DNA from: Betaproteobacteria bacterium Ga0077527
GTDB lineage: Bacteria; Pseudomonadota; Gammaproteobacteria; Burkholderiales; SG8-41
Assembly (NCBI GenBank): GCA_001464815.1
Contig: LNDW01000021.1
Span: 8,920-72,919, forward strand
Direction: 5' to 3'
Length of the DNA stretch: 64,000 nt
In this document: in pieces, positions 50,778 to 61,256 of the stretch
How the letters are laid out: every line of letters starts with the position of its first letter
Numbering within the stretch: position 1 is the stretch's first letter
Notes under the pieces: generated by a model
Database searches by the model: none
Told to the model about the DNA's origin: nothing
What the model saw: only the letters and a program-made list of their open reading frames with translations
Program-made: the position numbers and the translations under genes

Positions 50778-53585
50778 ATGGCTGACTACAAACATACCCT
50801 GAACCTGCCCGACACGCCGTTTCCGATGCGTGGCGATCTGGCCAAACGCGAACCAAAAATGCTCGAGCAGTGGCGCGAGCGGCGTTACTACCAGCGCATT
50901 CGCGCGGCGGCGAAGGGGCGTGAACGTTTTGTGCTGCATGACGGCCCGCCGTACGCCAACGGTGATATCCACATCGGCCACGCCGTCAACAAGATCCTGA
51001 AGGACATCATCGTCAAGTCGAAATCGCTGTCGGGTTTTGATGCGCCGTACGTGCCGGGCTGGGACTGCCACGGCATGCCGATCGAAGTGCAGATCGAAAA
51101 ACTGCACGGCAAACACCTGCCGACCGCGGAAACACAGAAGCTGTGCCGCACCTACGCCGGAGAGCAGGTGGAGCGGCAGAAAAAGGATTTCCAGCGTCTG
51201 GGCGTGCTCGGCGACTGGGACCAGCCGTACCTGACCATGGCCTACCGCAACGAGGCCGATGAAATCCGCGCGCTGGGCAAGCTGCTGGAGAACGGTTATG
51301 TCTATCGCGGACTGAAGCCGGTGAACTGGTGTTTCGACTGCGGCTCGGCGCTGGCCGAGGCCGAGGTCGAGTACGAAGACCGCAAGGATCCTGCGGTGGA
51401 TGTCGGGTTTCCTTTTGCCGAACCGGAGAAAGTGGCGAAGGCCTTCGGCCTGGCGGCACTGCCGGACAAGCCCGGCTTTGCGGTGATCTGGACCACGACG
51501 CCGTGGACGCTGCCGGCGAACCAGGCGCTCAACGCGCATCCTGAATTCAGCTACAACCTGGTCGATACCGAAAAGGGTCTGCTGATCCTCGCCGCCGACC
51601 TGCAGGAAGCCTGTCTTTCGCGGTACGGCTTGACCGGAGCGACACTGGCGTCATGCAAGGGTGCGGCACTGGAGTTGGTCAAGTTCCATCATCCCTTTTA
51701 CGACCGGCTGTCTCCGGTGTACCTGGCGGATTACGTCACGCTTGAGACCGGCACCGGCATGGTCCACGCCGCGCCGGCCTACGGTGTGGAAGACTTTCAA
51801 TCCTGTCGCAAGCATGGCCTGAAGGACGATCAGATACTCACCCCGGTGATGGGCGACGGCAAGTATGTATCGACGCTGCCGTTGTTCGGCGGGCTGATGA
51901 TCTGGAAGGCCAATCCGCTGATCATCGCCCACCTCGAAGAGAAGGGTGTGCTGTTCGCCAACCGCACAGACCTGCACAGCTACATGCACTGCTGGCGGCA
52001 CAAGACGCCGATCATCCTGCGCGCGACCACGCAGTGGTTCGCGGGGATGGAGGATGTGCCCGGCTTCAACGGCGTGAAGCCGAAGGAAACGCTGCGCAGC
52101 ACCGCGCTGCGGGCCGTCGAGGCGACGCAGTTTTTCCCGGCCTGGGGCCAGGCGCGGCTGCACGCGATGATCGCCAACCGGCCGGACTGGACCTTGTCGC
52201 GGCAGCGGCAGTGGGGCGTGCCGATGCCGTTCTTCGTGCACAAGGAAACCGCGCAATTACATCCGCGTACACTGGAATTGCTGGAGCAGGTGGCGCAGCG
52301 GGTGGAGCAGCACGGCATCGAGGCCTGGCAGGCGCTTGATCCGGCGGAGCTGCTCGGCGCCGAGGCTGCGCAATACGACAAGATCAAGGACACGCTGGAT
52401 GTGTGGTTCGATTCGGGCACCACGCACCTGACGGTGCTGCGCGGATCACACGCCGCTGACAGCAAGTTTCCGGCTGACCTCTATCTCGAGGGCTCGGACC
52501 AGCATCGCGGCTGGTTTCATTCTTCGCTGCTCACCGGTTGCATGACCGACGGCCGCGCGCCGTACAAATCGCTGCTGACCCACGGCTTTGTGGTTGATGG
52601 CCAGGGCAAGAAGATGAGCAAGTCCAAGGGCAACGTCATCGTGCCGCAGCAGGTAATGGACGAGCTGGGCGCCGACATCCTGCGCCTGTGGGTGGCGAGC
52701 ACGGATTACTCCGGCGAGCTGTCGATCTCGAAGGAGATCCTCAAGCGTGTGGTCGAGTCGTACCGCCGCATCCGCAACACGCTGCGTTTCCTGCTCGCCA
52801 ATATCAACGACTTCGATCAGGAGAAACATGCGCTGCCGGTGGATCAGTGGCTGGAGATCGACCGTTATGCGCTGGAACTGACCCGCGCCCTGCAGCAGCG
52901 GGTGGCGGCAGGTTACGAGCGTTACGAATTCCATGCCGTCGTCAAGGAACTGACCGCGTTTTGTTCCGAGGACCTCGGCGCGTTTTACCTCGACATCCTG
53001 AAGGACCGGCTGTACACCACCGGCGCGGATTCCCGCTCGCGGCGCTCCGCACAGAGCGCCCTTTGGCATATCACCGCCACGCTGGTGAAGCTGCTGTCGC
53101 CGATACTGAGTTTTACCGCCGAGGAGTCCTGGCAGGTGTTCCGCGGCGATGCCGGCGGCAGCATTTTTGAGCAGGAGTGGCATCCGCTGCCGGATGCGCA
53201 AATCGAGGAATCGCTGATCAGGGCCTGGCGGGATGTCCGTGACGTGCGTGATCTGGCCAACAAGAAAATCGAGGAATTGCGCGCACAGGGCAAGGTGGGT
53301 TCTTCGCTGCAGGCCGAGCTCGAAATCCGGACATCCGGGCCGGTGTTCGAGGCCTTGCAGCGGCTTGGTGACGACCTGCGCTTCGTGCTGATCACCTCCA
53401 GCGCCGGGGTGGCGAGGGAAGCCGGTTCCGGTCTCATCATCCAGGTGCAGCCGAGCGGCTACATCAAATGTGAACGCTGCTGGCATTACCGGGCCGATGT
53501 CGGTCACGATCCGCAGCATCCCGAGTTGTGCGGGCGTTGTACCTCGAATCTGTACGGTGCCGGTGAACCGAGGAGTTACGCCTGA
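50778..53585 (+). CDS. ileS: Isoleucine--tRNA ligase
   Basis: 935 aa. HIGH ([11 protein letters not shown]), KMSKS, C-terminal Zn-finger Cys pairs. Confidence 0.96.
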   Translation: MADYKHTLNLPDTPFPMRGDLAKREPKMLEQWRERRYYQRIRAAAKGRERFVLHDGPPYANGDIHIGHAVNKILKDIIVKSKSLSGFDAPYVPGWDCHGMPIEVQIEKLHGKHLPTAETQKLCRTYAGEQVERQKKDFQRLGVLGDWDQPYLTMAYRNEADEIRALGKLLENGYVYRGLKPVNWCFDCGSALAEAEVEYEDRKDPAVDVGFPFAEPEKVAKAFGLAALPDKPGFAVIWTTTPWTLPANQALNAHPEFSYNLVDTEKGLLILAADLQEACLSRYGLTGATLASCKGAALELVKFHHPFYDRLSPVYLADYVTLETGTGMVHAAPAYGVEDFQSCRKHGLKDDQILTPVMGDGKYVSTLPLFGGLMIWKANPLIIAHLEEKGVLFANRTDLHSYMHCWRHKTPIILRATTQWFAGMEDVPGFNGVKPKETLRSTALRAVEATQFFPAWGQARLHAMIANRPDWTLSRQRQWGVPMPFFVHKETAQLHPRTLELLEQVAQRVEQHGIEAWQALDPAELLGAEAAQYDKIKDTLDVWFDSGTTHLTVLRGSHAADSKFPADLYLEGSDQHRGWFHSSLLTGCMTDGRAPYKSLLTHGFVVDGQGKKMSKSKGNVIVPQQVMDELGADILRLWVASTDYSGELSISKEILKRVVESYRRIRNTLRFLLANINDFDQEKHALPVDQWLEIDRYALELTRALQQRVAAGYERYEFHAVVKELTAFCSEDLGAFYLDILKDRLYTTGADSRSRRSAQSALWHITATLVKLLSPILSFTAEESWQVFRGDAGGSIFEQEWHPLPDAQIEESLIRAWRDVRDVRDLANKKIEELRAQGKVGSSLQAELEIRTSGPVFEALQRLGDDLRFVLITSSAGVAREAGSGLIIQVQPSGYIKCERCWHYRADVGHDPQHPELCGRCTSNLYGAGEPRSYA

Positions 53586-54055
53586 TGCTGCGCTGGCTGG
53601 GAGTGTCGGCGGTGGTGGTTGTGATCGACCAGCTGACCAAATACATTGCGGTGGCGGAACTCACGGCGAGGGGCGCGGTGGAGGTGACGTCGTTTTTTAA
53701 CCTGGTGCTGGTCTACAACCGCGGCGCGGCGTTCAGCTTCCTCGCCGGGGCCGGTGGCTGGCAGCGCGAGTTCTTCATCACCATCGCGCTGATCGCGTCG
53801 GCGTGGATCGTCTGGCTGTTGCGCCGTCATCCGCAACAGACGCTGTTCTGTGCCGCGCTGGCGCTGGTGCTGGGTGGTGCCATCGGCAATGTCATTGACC
53901 GCGTGCTGCTTGGCGCAGTGGTGGATTTCCTCGATTTCCATGCCGCGGGCTGGCACTGGCCGGCATTCAACGTCGCCGACTCGGCGATCTGCTGTGGGGC
54001 CGCGCTGCTGATCTGGGACGGTATGCGCACCCAGCCACAACCAAAAGTAACATAA
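53585..54055 (+). CDS. lspA: Lipoprotein signal peptidase II
   Basis: 156 aa. …NRGAAFSFL…, …FNVADSAI…. TGATG overlap with ileS. Confidence 0.92.
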   Translation: MLRWLGVSAVVVVIDQLTKYIAVAELTARGAVEVTSFFNLVLVYNRGAAFSFLAGAGGWQREFFITIALIASAWIVWLLRRHPQQTLFCAALALVLGGAIGNVIDRVLLGAVVDFLDFHAAGWHWPAFNVADSAICCGAALLIWDGMRTQPQPKVT

Positions 54056-54125
54056 GTAATTGATTTAATTAATAAAAACATCATGCCACCGCGACCGACC
54101 GAGGGCTGCAGGCTATAATCCCGCC

Positions 54126-55058
54126 ATGCAAGTATTACTCGCCAATCCCCGTGGTTTCTGTGCCGGCGTTGACCGTGCGATCGAGATCGTCGAACGCGCG
54201 CTGGTCCTCCACGGCGCGCCGATCTACGTGCGCCATGAAGTTGTGCACAACACTTTTGTCGTCAATGACCTGCGCACCAAAGGCGCGGTGTTTGTTGAAT
54301 CGCTGGATGAAGTACCGCCGGGCAGCACGCTGATCTTCAGTGCGCATGGTGTGTCGCAGGATGTGCGCCGCGAAGCCGGGACACGCGGCCTCAAGGTGTT
54401 TGACGCGACCTGCCCGCTGGTGACCAAGGTGCACGTCGAGGTATCGAAGATGCGCGAGCAGGGACGCGAGATCGTGATGATCGGTCACCGTGGCCACCCC
54501 GAGGTCGAGGGTACTATGGGCCAGAGCGAGGGTGGCATGTACCTGGTCGAAGGCCCGCAGGATGTGGCGACGCTGAAAGTCGGCGACGAGCAGAACCTCG
54601 CCTATGTCACCCAGACCACGCTGTCGATGGACGATGCCGCGCGCACCGTGGCAGCACTCAAGGCACGTTTTCCCGAGATCGTCGGCCCGAAAAAGGACGA
54701 TATCTGTTATGCCACGCAGAACCGCCAGGACGCGATCAAGACGCTGGCGCAGCGTTGTGACGTGGTGATCGTGGTCGGCTCGCCGAACAGCTCCAACTCC
54801 AACCGCCTGCGTGAAGTCGCCGAGCAGCAGGGTATCGCCGCATACATGGTAGATAACGCGTCGGAGTTGCTGCCTGACTGGGTTGCCGGCAAGCAGACGG
54901 TGGGCATCACCGCGGGTGCCTCGGCGCCGGAAGTGCTGGTGCAGGCGGTTATCCAGCGTCTGCGTGGTCTTGGCGCCACCGAGGTGCGGACACTGGATGG
55001 TATTTCCGAGCGGGTGATCTTCCCGCTGCCCAGGGGTCTGGCCGCGCCCGCAGCCTGA
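54126..55058 (+). CDS. ispH: 4-hydroxy-3-methylbut-2-enyl diphosphate reductase
   Basis: 310 aa. [19 protein letters not shown]…HEVVHN…SAHG…CPLVTKVH…. Confidence 0.95.
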   Translation: MQVLLANPRGFCAGVDRAIEIVERALVLHGAPIYVRHEVVHNTFVVNDLRTKGAVFVESLDEVPPGSTLIFSAHGVSQDVRREAGTRGLKVFDATCPLVTKVHVEVSKMREQGREIVMIGHRGHPEVEGTMGQSEGGMYLVEGPQDVATLKVGDEQNLAYVTQTTLSMDDAARTVAALKARFPEIVGPKKDDICYATQNRQDAIKTLAQRCDVVIVVGSPNSSNSNRLREVAEQQGIAAYMVDNASELLPDWVAGKQTVGITAGASAPEVLVQAVIQRLRGLGATEVRTLDGISERVIFPLPRGLAAPAA

Positions 55059-55075
55059 AATTTCCGGCGCCGGCC

Positions 55076-55747
55076 TCAGCGCTGGTAACTGCCGCCACGG
55101 AAGGCATCGACGGCGGAAAAAGTCTCGAACTGCACTTCAATCATCACTTCGCTGGGCACGGCGAGGCCGTTCTTGACGCCCGGCGTATAACGCGCGGCGC
55201 GGAAAGCGGCGACCGCCGCTGCCGCGAAGGGGTCGCCGGCGTCGCGGCCCGACGCGATCACGTCGTCGACCCTGCCCTGGGCATCGATCAGGATGCGCAG
55301 CCTGACGCTGCCCGCCTGGCCCTGCTCGAAGGCGCTGCGCGGATAGGACGGTTCGACCTGGCTGCGGATCTGCGGCCGGATATCGAGTTCACGGGCCGGG
55401 TGGTAACGTGTTGGCGCAGCCAGCCCGATGCTGCTGCCGGGCTGGCCACCTCCTGCTTGTTCCGACGGATTGGCGCCGGGCCCTGCGTTGGCAGTGGCTT
55501 CTATCGCAACCGGCAGTGTATCGGCGACAGCAAGGGTATCCGCAGCATTGCCGGTCAGTGTTGCAGAAATCACCGGTCGCGGTTGTATTGATACCGCCGC
55601 GGGCCATCCGTCGCCGCTGCCGCGTCCGCCGGTCACGGTGATCAGCAGCGCATGGGCCAGCAGCGAAGCGGTGACGGCCCAAACAACCCGCCCCGCGGTT
55701 GCGGGGTGGTTGAGTTCAGCCGCGGTCATGACGCGGACCGTAGGCAA
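55076..55747 (-). CDS. TonB C-terminal-domain protein (last gene of the pilus minor-pilin operon)
   Basis: 223 aa. N-terminal TM (VVWAVTASLLAHALLITV), low-complexity linker, TonB_C-like …VEPSYPRSAFEQGQAGSVRLRILIDAQGRVDDV…AAAAVAAFRAARYTPGVKNGLAVPSEV…. Starts 7 nt after the pilY1 stop. Confidence 0.7.
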   Translation of the reverse strand: MPTVRVMTAAELNHPATAGRVVWAVTASLLAHALLITVTGGRGSGDGWPAAVSIQPRPVISATLTGNAADTLAVADTLPVAIEATANAGPGANPSEQAGGGQPGSSIGLAAPTRYHPARELDIRPQIRSQVEPSYPRSAFEQGQAGSVRLRILIDAQGRVDDVIASGRDAGDPFAAAAVAAFRAARYTPGVKNGLAVPSEVMIEVQFETFSAVDAFRGGSYQR

Positions 55748-55754
55748 GGTGACA

Positions 55755-58700
55755 TCAGTCGATGGTCAGCTCGCGCCATGATACCCGGCGGCCCTGGGTG
55801 GTGGTCGGTGCCACCGGCGTGTTCTGCGTCAACTGCTGGTTGTCAGCGGTGGTGACGATGGTCTTCACCGTGCCGCCCGGCAACTGCACCACGTTGACAC
55901 CGACGATCAGCGAGGCGCCGATGCGCGAACCCGACATGTTGTCGGTGGAGCCCGGGATGTAACTGCCGGTGCGAGCATCCATGAAGTTGACCCAGCCGAA
56001 GCCGCCTGCGACGCAGTCGTCATCCGACGGGATGTTCGACGGCACCACCAGCGTGCCCAGTTGCAGCACAGGATCGACCGAGACGCGCTCCGAGGGATTG
56101 GTGCCAGTGCCGCCATCAGGCAGGTCGACATACCAGCCCTTGTCGGTGAGCAGGTTGACCGCGTTGTTGGTGGTGGTGCGGCGGTCGGTTTCCGAGCCAA
56201 TCAGGTTCAGCGTTTGCTGCACAAAGCCGGTGACACCGCGGATTGCCGCATAGACCGGTGATGTGACCGAGTCCATCGGATCCTTGATCGCATAGACACT
56301 CTGGCGCTGTGTGGTGTCCTTGTCCGAGGCGCCGAGCAACTGGCCGGTGCCGATGTAAAGCACGCGGTTGGTGCCGATCAGGGTCAACTCGGGCCGGGTG
56401 GTGACCGGCTGCGTCTGGCTGCTGCCGTTGACCAGCGTGGTGATGCGGGTGACGGTGCTGGCCGCGACATCGGTGGTGTTCTCGAGCTGGAAGCGCCAGA
56501 CATTGCCCTTCAGGTCGCCGCCATAAACCGTCAGCGCGGTGTTGTTCTCGGTGGCATTGTTGACCCAGGCATTGATCCGCGACAGGCCGCTGGGGTCGAT
56601 ATTGCCAGCGGTGCAGGGCGCCGTGGTGCTGACGCCGTCGCAACCCACGCCGGTGGTCATGCGCTGCAGGATCAGCCCGGTCTGGGCATCCACCACATAC
56701 AGATAACCCTTGCCGTCACCGGGATTGACGTTGTTGTGGCCCGAGGTGACCAGCACCACCCAGCGCCCGTCGGAGGGACGCTTGACGATCAACGGATTGC
56801 CGAAGGAGAGACCGATGTTGCAGTCTTCACCGAAGGTGCCGCCATTGGCCTGCACAGCCGTAAGGCAGGTGGCGCCGGTGCCGCCTTTCAGTTCCCACAG
56901 GCCTTTGGGGTTGGCCGGATCGGTGATGTCCAGTGCGTAATAGCCGCGACCGCCGGCGTTGAGGCCGGCCACAATAATCGTGCGCCAGTTGCTGGCACTC
57001 GAGCAGGGGGCTGCGGTGGTATGGCCGAGGCAGATATCGCCGACCACCGGAGAGCCGTCGGTCAGGTAGCGGTGATTGGTCGAGTAATTGGCTTCGGCCA
57101 GCCGCTTCAGCGTCGGGAACACCATGCTCGGGATGTACGCCCATCGCTCCGATCCCTCGCCATTGATTGGATCGGTGTTCAGGGTGCCGGTGAAGGTATC
57201 GTCCGAGGAGGTGGTGGTGCCGATACCGGCGGTCTGGAAGTAGGGGTTGTTGTCGGGGTCGGTGGCGAAAGCGTGCAGCATGCCGTCGTTGGCGGCCGCG
57301 AACACCGTGCCCAGCCGGTTGGCGTTGTTGGACTTGTAGGTGCTGTAAAAGGGATCGGTGTAGCTGAACGGCGGCGCCTTCACATAGGCAGGCTGGGCGT
57401 TGACGATGTCTCCCAGGATATGGGTGCGGTTGCGGTAGAGATCATTGAGACCGGTGGCGCCGGCGATGGAAATCTCGTTGGTGGGGTCCCCACGCAGATA
57501 ATCGACCAGCGTGGCATTGGTGGCGACAGTATGGCGCAGGCTGCCGTCGGTCGGCCATGGTATCGACTGCAGCAGGGCGCCATTGACGCCACCCTGAGGG
57601 TTGAAATGGGTGGACATTTCGCTGGCCGTCAACAAGCCACCGTCGTCACAGTTCGGATAGGCCGCTATCGGTGCGTCGGTAGCGCAGAAACTGCGCAGCT
57701 TGTTGACATTCTGCGTGCGCGACACGCCGTTGACCGTGACGGTTGCCCCGACCACCGTATCGCTGGCATCAAAAATGAAAATCTTGCGCGAGGTGTGCAC
57801 CCGTTGATCGAGCTGTTCCTGAGCGGACCACAATTCGCGGTTGGATACCGTGCCGGTGCTCAGGTCAATCGTGCGTGCACGCAGATCGCCCGTCCAACTG
57901 ACGGTTTCATACTGCGCGGTGAAGGCGAAGTTGTCGCCGGCCACCGGCTGCAGGTTCGAGGTGGCCGCCGCAGCGCCGGCTCCAACCCGGGCCTGCACCG
58001 AGTTCAGGGTGTCGGCAATGCCGTTGGCGAGGGCCACCGGATCCTGAGCACTGAAGAAGGTGCCGCGGCCGTTGACCGCGGCGTGCCACAGGTCGTCCAG
58101 CGTGGTCTCGGCATCTGCGGTGGGAACAGGCCACGACTTGGTGCCCTGTTTGATGTCAAAGAAATCGCCGCTCGTCTGGCTTTCGTAATTCGGGTCGTAT
58201 TGCAGCGTGCCGGCCAGACCCAGGCCCACGGTGAAGGTGACCATGCGCTGATGGGAGGCGTTGTCCTTCTGCGTGGCCGGTACCTGATTGGCGAGGTCGG
58301 TGCGCAGATCGGTCTTGTAGTAATACATCGCCACATCGGCAAGGGTGTTGCTGGCGCCGAGGGCATCGAAGGCGCCGATGGCCTGCGTCGAGTAACCCGA
58401 GTTCACGCCGTCCTGGTCGCCGACGTTGGTGGTTCCGTTCAACTGCACGAAACCGGAGCTGTCGTTCCAGTAACCGTCCGTGGTCAGGATCGTATAACTC
58501 GGCTGGCAGGCGAGCAGGATCGGGCTGGCCCCCATGTTGCCGCCGGGATTCTGGTTGCCATAGTAGCGGCCGGCGCGGGCCAACGCGGTGCGCAGCGGTG
58601 TGCTGGAGCTGGGCGGGGTCGCATATAGCCGGGTAAACCAGGTTTCTTTCTGGCCGCCTGCCGTTGTTGTGAAGTCGTTGACGGCCAGGTAGCGACTGGT

Positions 58701-60638
58701 GCTGAAATTGATGGTCATGAAGCCGACGCGGAAATCGCTGCCCAGTGTCAGGAAGGCACGGCCGATCGAAGTCTTGGCCATCATCATCCGCGTCCGGTAG
58801 TAGGCGAACCAGTTGGCGAAGTTGGTCATTTCCTCGGCATAGGTGCAGGTGGTGGCTCCGGTGCAATCGGTGCGCGCCGGGAATTTGGAGTAGGTCTGTC
58901 CGGACACGATGTTGGTGCGGACAAAGTTGCCGACGTTCTGCCGGGACCATGTGCCCGCGGGGATGGCGTTGATGCCGCCGGAGAAATTGGTGGTGGTATT
59001 GGCAAGGTCACCCACCGAAACACCGCCGCTCATGGTGCCCGATTCATTGTCAAGACCGGTATGGACATATGACAGTGTCGAGCCGTTGCGGTCAGAACCC
59101 GTTCCGGAAGGGGCGGTGATGGTCACCGTCCGGGTGGCAACAGAGGCGGTGTATCCATGCGTACCCGTACCGGCGTTGATGGCGTTGCGGATGGATGTCG
59201 CCATTTCGCCGTTTCTGGCGTTGGAGTTGCCGGTGGTGACGCAGCAGGTGATCACCGAACTGATCAGGGTGTCGAGGGTCGAGTTGGGCCGGACAATACC
59301 CAGCGAATTCAGCGTGTTGCCCTGGTCGGAGCCGCTGACCTCAAACGACAGGCTGGCCTGGGAGGTGCTGGAGGTGACAGGCGCGGTCACGGTAATGGTC
59401 GAGCCGTTGTTGACAATCCCGGCAGCCGGCGCGTCGATCAGGATTTCGGTGGTGTTGCTGGCGTCAAGCGCGCCCAGCAAGGCGACATAGCCATGCCCGC
59501 CCTCGTTCAGATTGATCTTGTCGCGGATCGCAGTTGCCGCGGCCTGGCGGTTGGCGTCGTTGGTGGGCGCAACAGTCGTCAGTGAGGAAGTCATCAGGTT
59601 GACGGTGCTGGCATCCGGCTTGGTAATGGTGATCTGGGTGATCGTCGGGGCACCGCTGTCGTTGGAAAGAATGATTTTTCCACGCGCCTTGGCACCGGGA
59701 TTGGCCGGCGTGGCTGCATTCACCGTGCCGAGGAACTTGGGGAAGCGGAAGGTGCTGGTCCGAGTGCCCTGGCAAGTGGTGTGCGCGGCGCTGTTGCAAA
59801 AGCGCACCGGTGCCGGTTTGTCATAGGTAACACCGCCTGAAACCGTGGGTGTCGTGGCTGCAATACAGTTGGTCAGCGCGATATCCGAGCAATATTCGGT
59901 GGGGATGATGTTGTAGTAATAGGGGGCGCCCAGCTTGTATTTGCGGTTGCTTGAATCGTCGCGGCCAAAGCCGTGTACGTCATTGGGGTAGCTGTACGAG
60001 CTGTTGGTCTTGCATGCCGCGGTATCGGTCGCGGTTGCACCCGTGCTGTCACACCACACCCGGTCGGGAAATTCGCTGACCAGGTTCACCGTAAGGATTG
60101 CGGGACTGGCGGAGTCCAGACCCCATTGTGTATCGTCAGGGGAGTTGTTGCTGAGGTTGCCCAGATGCAATGATTTGCGACTGGCATTGGTGGTGCTGGT
60201 GCTGACGTTGTCGGTCGGCACCGCGGTCCAGTTGCTGGTTGCCGCGGCGGTCATGTCGCCCTTGGAGGTGCCGTCGTAGTTGACCGCCGGGAAATAACGG
60301 ATGCGGGGGTTGTAATACTGGGTGTTGAAGTCCGGTGACATCACCGGCGGATCACCCGGGAAACAGGGTACCGGCGAAGAAGTCGGCGGACTGTTGCTGT
60401 CCCGCGGGTTGAAGCAGTTGCTCAGTGCCAGGTAATCCGGCGTGTACTGGCGCGCCATCGACCCCGAGTCGTCCAGGATCAGCAGCATGTTCGGCTTGAC
60501 GCTGGTGGCGGGCGCCGCCAGCGGTCCGCTGGAGATGTCGGTGATCGCGCCGTGGGCGGCGAACGCCGAACCCAGCACCACCGCAACAGGAATGGCGTAA
60601 GGGAGGATTTTGGCAACAAGTTTCATGCGCATGGTCAT
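55755..60638 (-). CDS. pilY1: Type IV pilus tip adhesin/assembly protein PilY1 (unusually large, 1627 aa)
   Basis: Signal peptide. vWA MIDAS LILDDSGSM (aa 53-61) and …NFANWFAYYRTRMMMAK… (aa ~606). C-terminal PilY1/PilC beta-propeller region. Position after pilX. Confidence 0.85.
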   Translation of the reverse strand: MTMRMKLVAKILPYAIPVAVVLGSAFAAHGAITDISSGPLAAPATSVKPNMLLILDDSGSMARQYTPDYLALSNCFNPRDSNSPPTSSPVPCFPGDPPVMSPDFNTQYYNPRIRYFPAVNYDGTSKGDMTAAATSNWTAVPTDNVSTSTTNASRKSLHLGNLSNNSPDDTQWGLDSASPAILTVNLVSEFPDRVWCDSTGATATDTAACKTNSSYSYPNDVHGFGRDDSSNRKYKLGAPYYYNIIPTEYCSDIALTNCIAATTPTVSGGVTYDKPAPVRFCNSAAHTTCQGTRTSTFRFPKFLGTVNAATPANPGAKARGKIILSNDSGAPTITQITITKPDASTVNLMTSSLTTVAPTNDANRQAAATAIRDKINLNEGGHGYVALLGALDASNTTEILIDAPAAGIVNNGSTITVTAPVTSSTSQASLSFEVSGSDQGNTLNSLGIVRPNSTLDTLISSVITCCVTTGNSNARNGEMATSIRNAINAGTGTHGYTASVATRTVTITAPSGTGSDRNGSTLSYVHTGLDNESGTMSGGVSVGDLANTTTNFSGGINAIPAGTWSRQNVGNFVRTNIVSGQTYSKFPARTDCTGATTCTYAEEMTNFANWFAYYRTRMMMAKTSIGRAFLTLGSDFRVGFMTINFSTSRYLAVNDFTTTAGGQKETWFTRLYATPPSSSTPLRTALARAGRYYGNQNPGGNMGASPILLACQPSYTILTTDGYWNDSSGFVQLNGTTNVGDQDGVNSGYSTQAIGAFDALGASNTLADVAMYYYKTDLRTDLANQVPATQKDNASHQRMVTFTVGLGLAGTLQYDPNYESQTSGDFFDIKQGTKSWPVPTADAETTLDDLWHAAVNGRGTFFSAQDPVALANGIADTLNSVQARVGAGAAAATSNLQPVAGDNFAFTAQYETVSWTGDLRARTIDLSTGTVSNRELWSAQEQLDQRVHTSRKIFIFDASDTVVGATVTVNGVSRTQNVNKLRSFCATDAPIAAYPNCDDGGLLTASEMSTHFNPQGGVNGALLQSIPWPTDGSLRHTVATNATLVDYLRGDPTNEISIAGATGLNDLYRNRTHILGDIVNAQPAYVKAPPFSYTDPFYSTYKSNNANRLGTVFAAANDGMLHAFATDPDNNPYFQTAGIGTTTSSDDTFTGTLNTDPINGEGSERWAYIPSMVFPTLKRLAEANYSTNHRYLTDGSPVVGDICLGHTTAAPCSSASNWRTIIVAGLNAGGRGYYALDITDPANPKGLWELKGGTGATCLTAVQANGGTFGEDCNIGLSFGNPLIVKRPSDGRWVVLVTSGHNNVNPGDGKGYLYVVDAQTGLILQRMTTGVGCDGVSTTAPCTAGNIDPSGLSRINAWVNNATENNTALTVYGGDLKGNVWRFQLENTTDVAASTVTRITTLVNGSSQTQPVTTRPELTLIGTNRVLYIGTGQLLGASDKDTTQRQSVYAIKDPMDSVTSPVYAAIRGVTGFVQQTLNLIGSETDRRTTTNNAVNLLTDKGWYVDLPDGGTGTNPSERVSVDPVLQLGTLVVPSNIPSDDDCVAGGFGWVNFMDARTGSYIPGSTDNMSGSRIGASLIVGVNVVQLPGGTVKTIVTTADNQQLTQNTPVAPTTTQGRRVSWRELTID

Positions 60639-60662
60639 ACTCCGGGACTTTCGCCCCGGGTC

Positions 60663-61256
60663 CTAGAAGACGGTGCTCTGGATGAAGCTCAGGGTGTTGC
60701 GCGGGCCTTCGACACGTACGGTGATCCGGTACAGCGCAGCGGTGGGAACGGTAATGGCATAACTGCCATAGGCCGCCGCGCCCTTGGTGCCGGTCGAGGT
60801 GGAACTGGAGGTCACATTGGTTTTTACGCAGTTCGCGCTCGAACCCGTGGGGTCACCGGCGGCTTCGCACAGGCGGTGGATGACGTAGCGCACCGTGTAG
60901 CCGGTCGGCGCGGCAAAAGCGCCGGTGGTGGCGATCGCGGTTGACCAGTTGTAATCGGTTTTACCAGGGTCGTTACCGAGGAGGTCGATACTTTCCTGCC
61001 AGGTGGCAAAGTAGGCATTGGCGGAAGAGTCAGCGAACAGCGAGGTACTGGTGCTGGTGAGCCATGCCCTTGCTGCTTCAACGCCGAAATCAGCCACATG
61101 GGTGGCGGTCTGGCGGAAGGCCAGGTTGCCGGCGATGATGGTGCCGGTGTCAACTCGACGCATCAGGGCGATGCCGGCCAGCGTCATCGCCACCAGAACG
61201 ATCAGCGCGGTGAACAACACCACGCCGCGTTGACCGAATGAGCGGGTGTTCATCAC
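60663..61256 (-). CDS. pilX: Type IV pilus minor pilin/assembly protein PilX
   Basis: 197 aa. …QRGVVLFTALIVLVAMTLAGIALMR… is a PilX N-terminal domain. Confidence 0.8.
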   Translation of the reverse strand: MMNTRSFGQRGVVLFTALIVLVAMTLAGIALMRRVDTGTIIAGNLAFRQTATHVADFGVEAARAWLTSTSTSLFADSSANAYFATWQESIDLLGNDPGKTDYNWSTAIATTGAFAAPTGYTVRYVIHRLCEAAGDPTGSSANCVKTNVTSSSTSTGTKGAAAYGSYAITVPTAALYRITVRVEGPRNTLSFIQSTVF

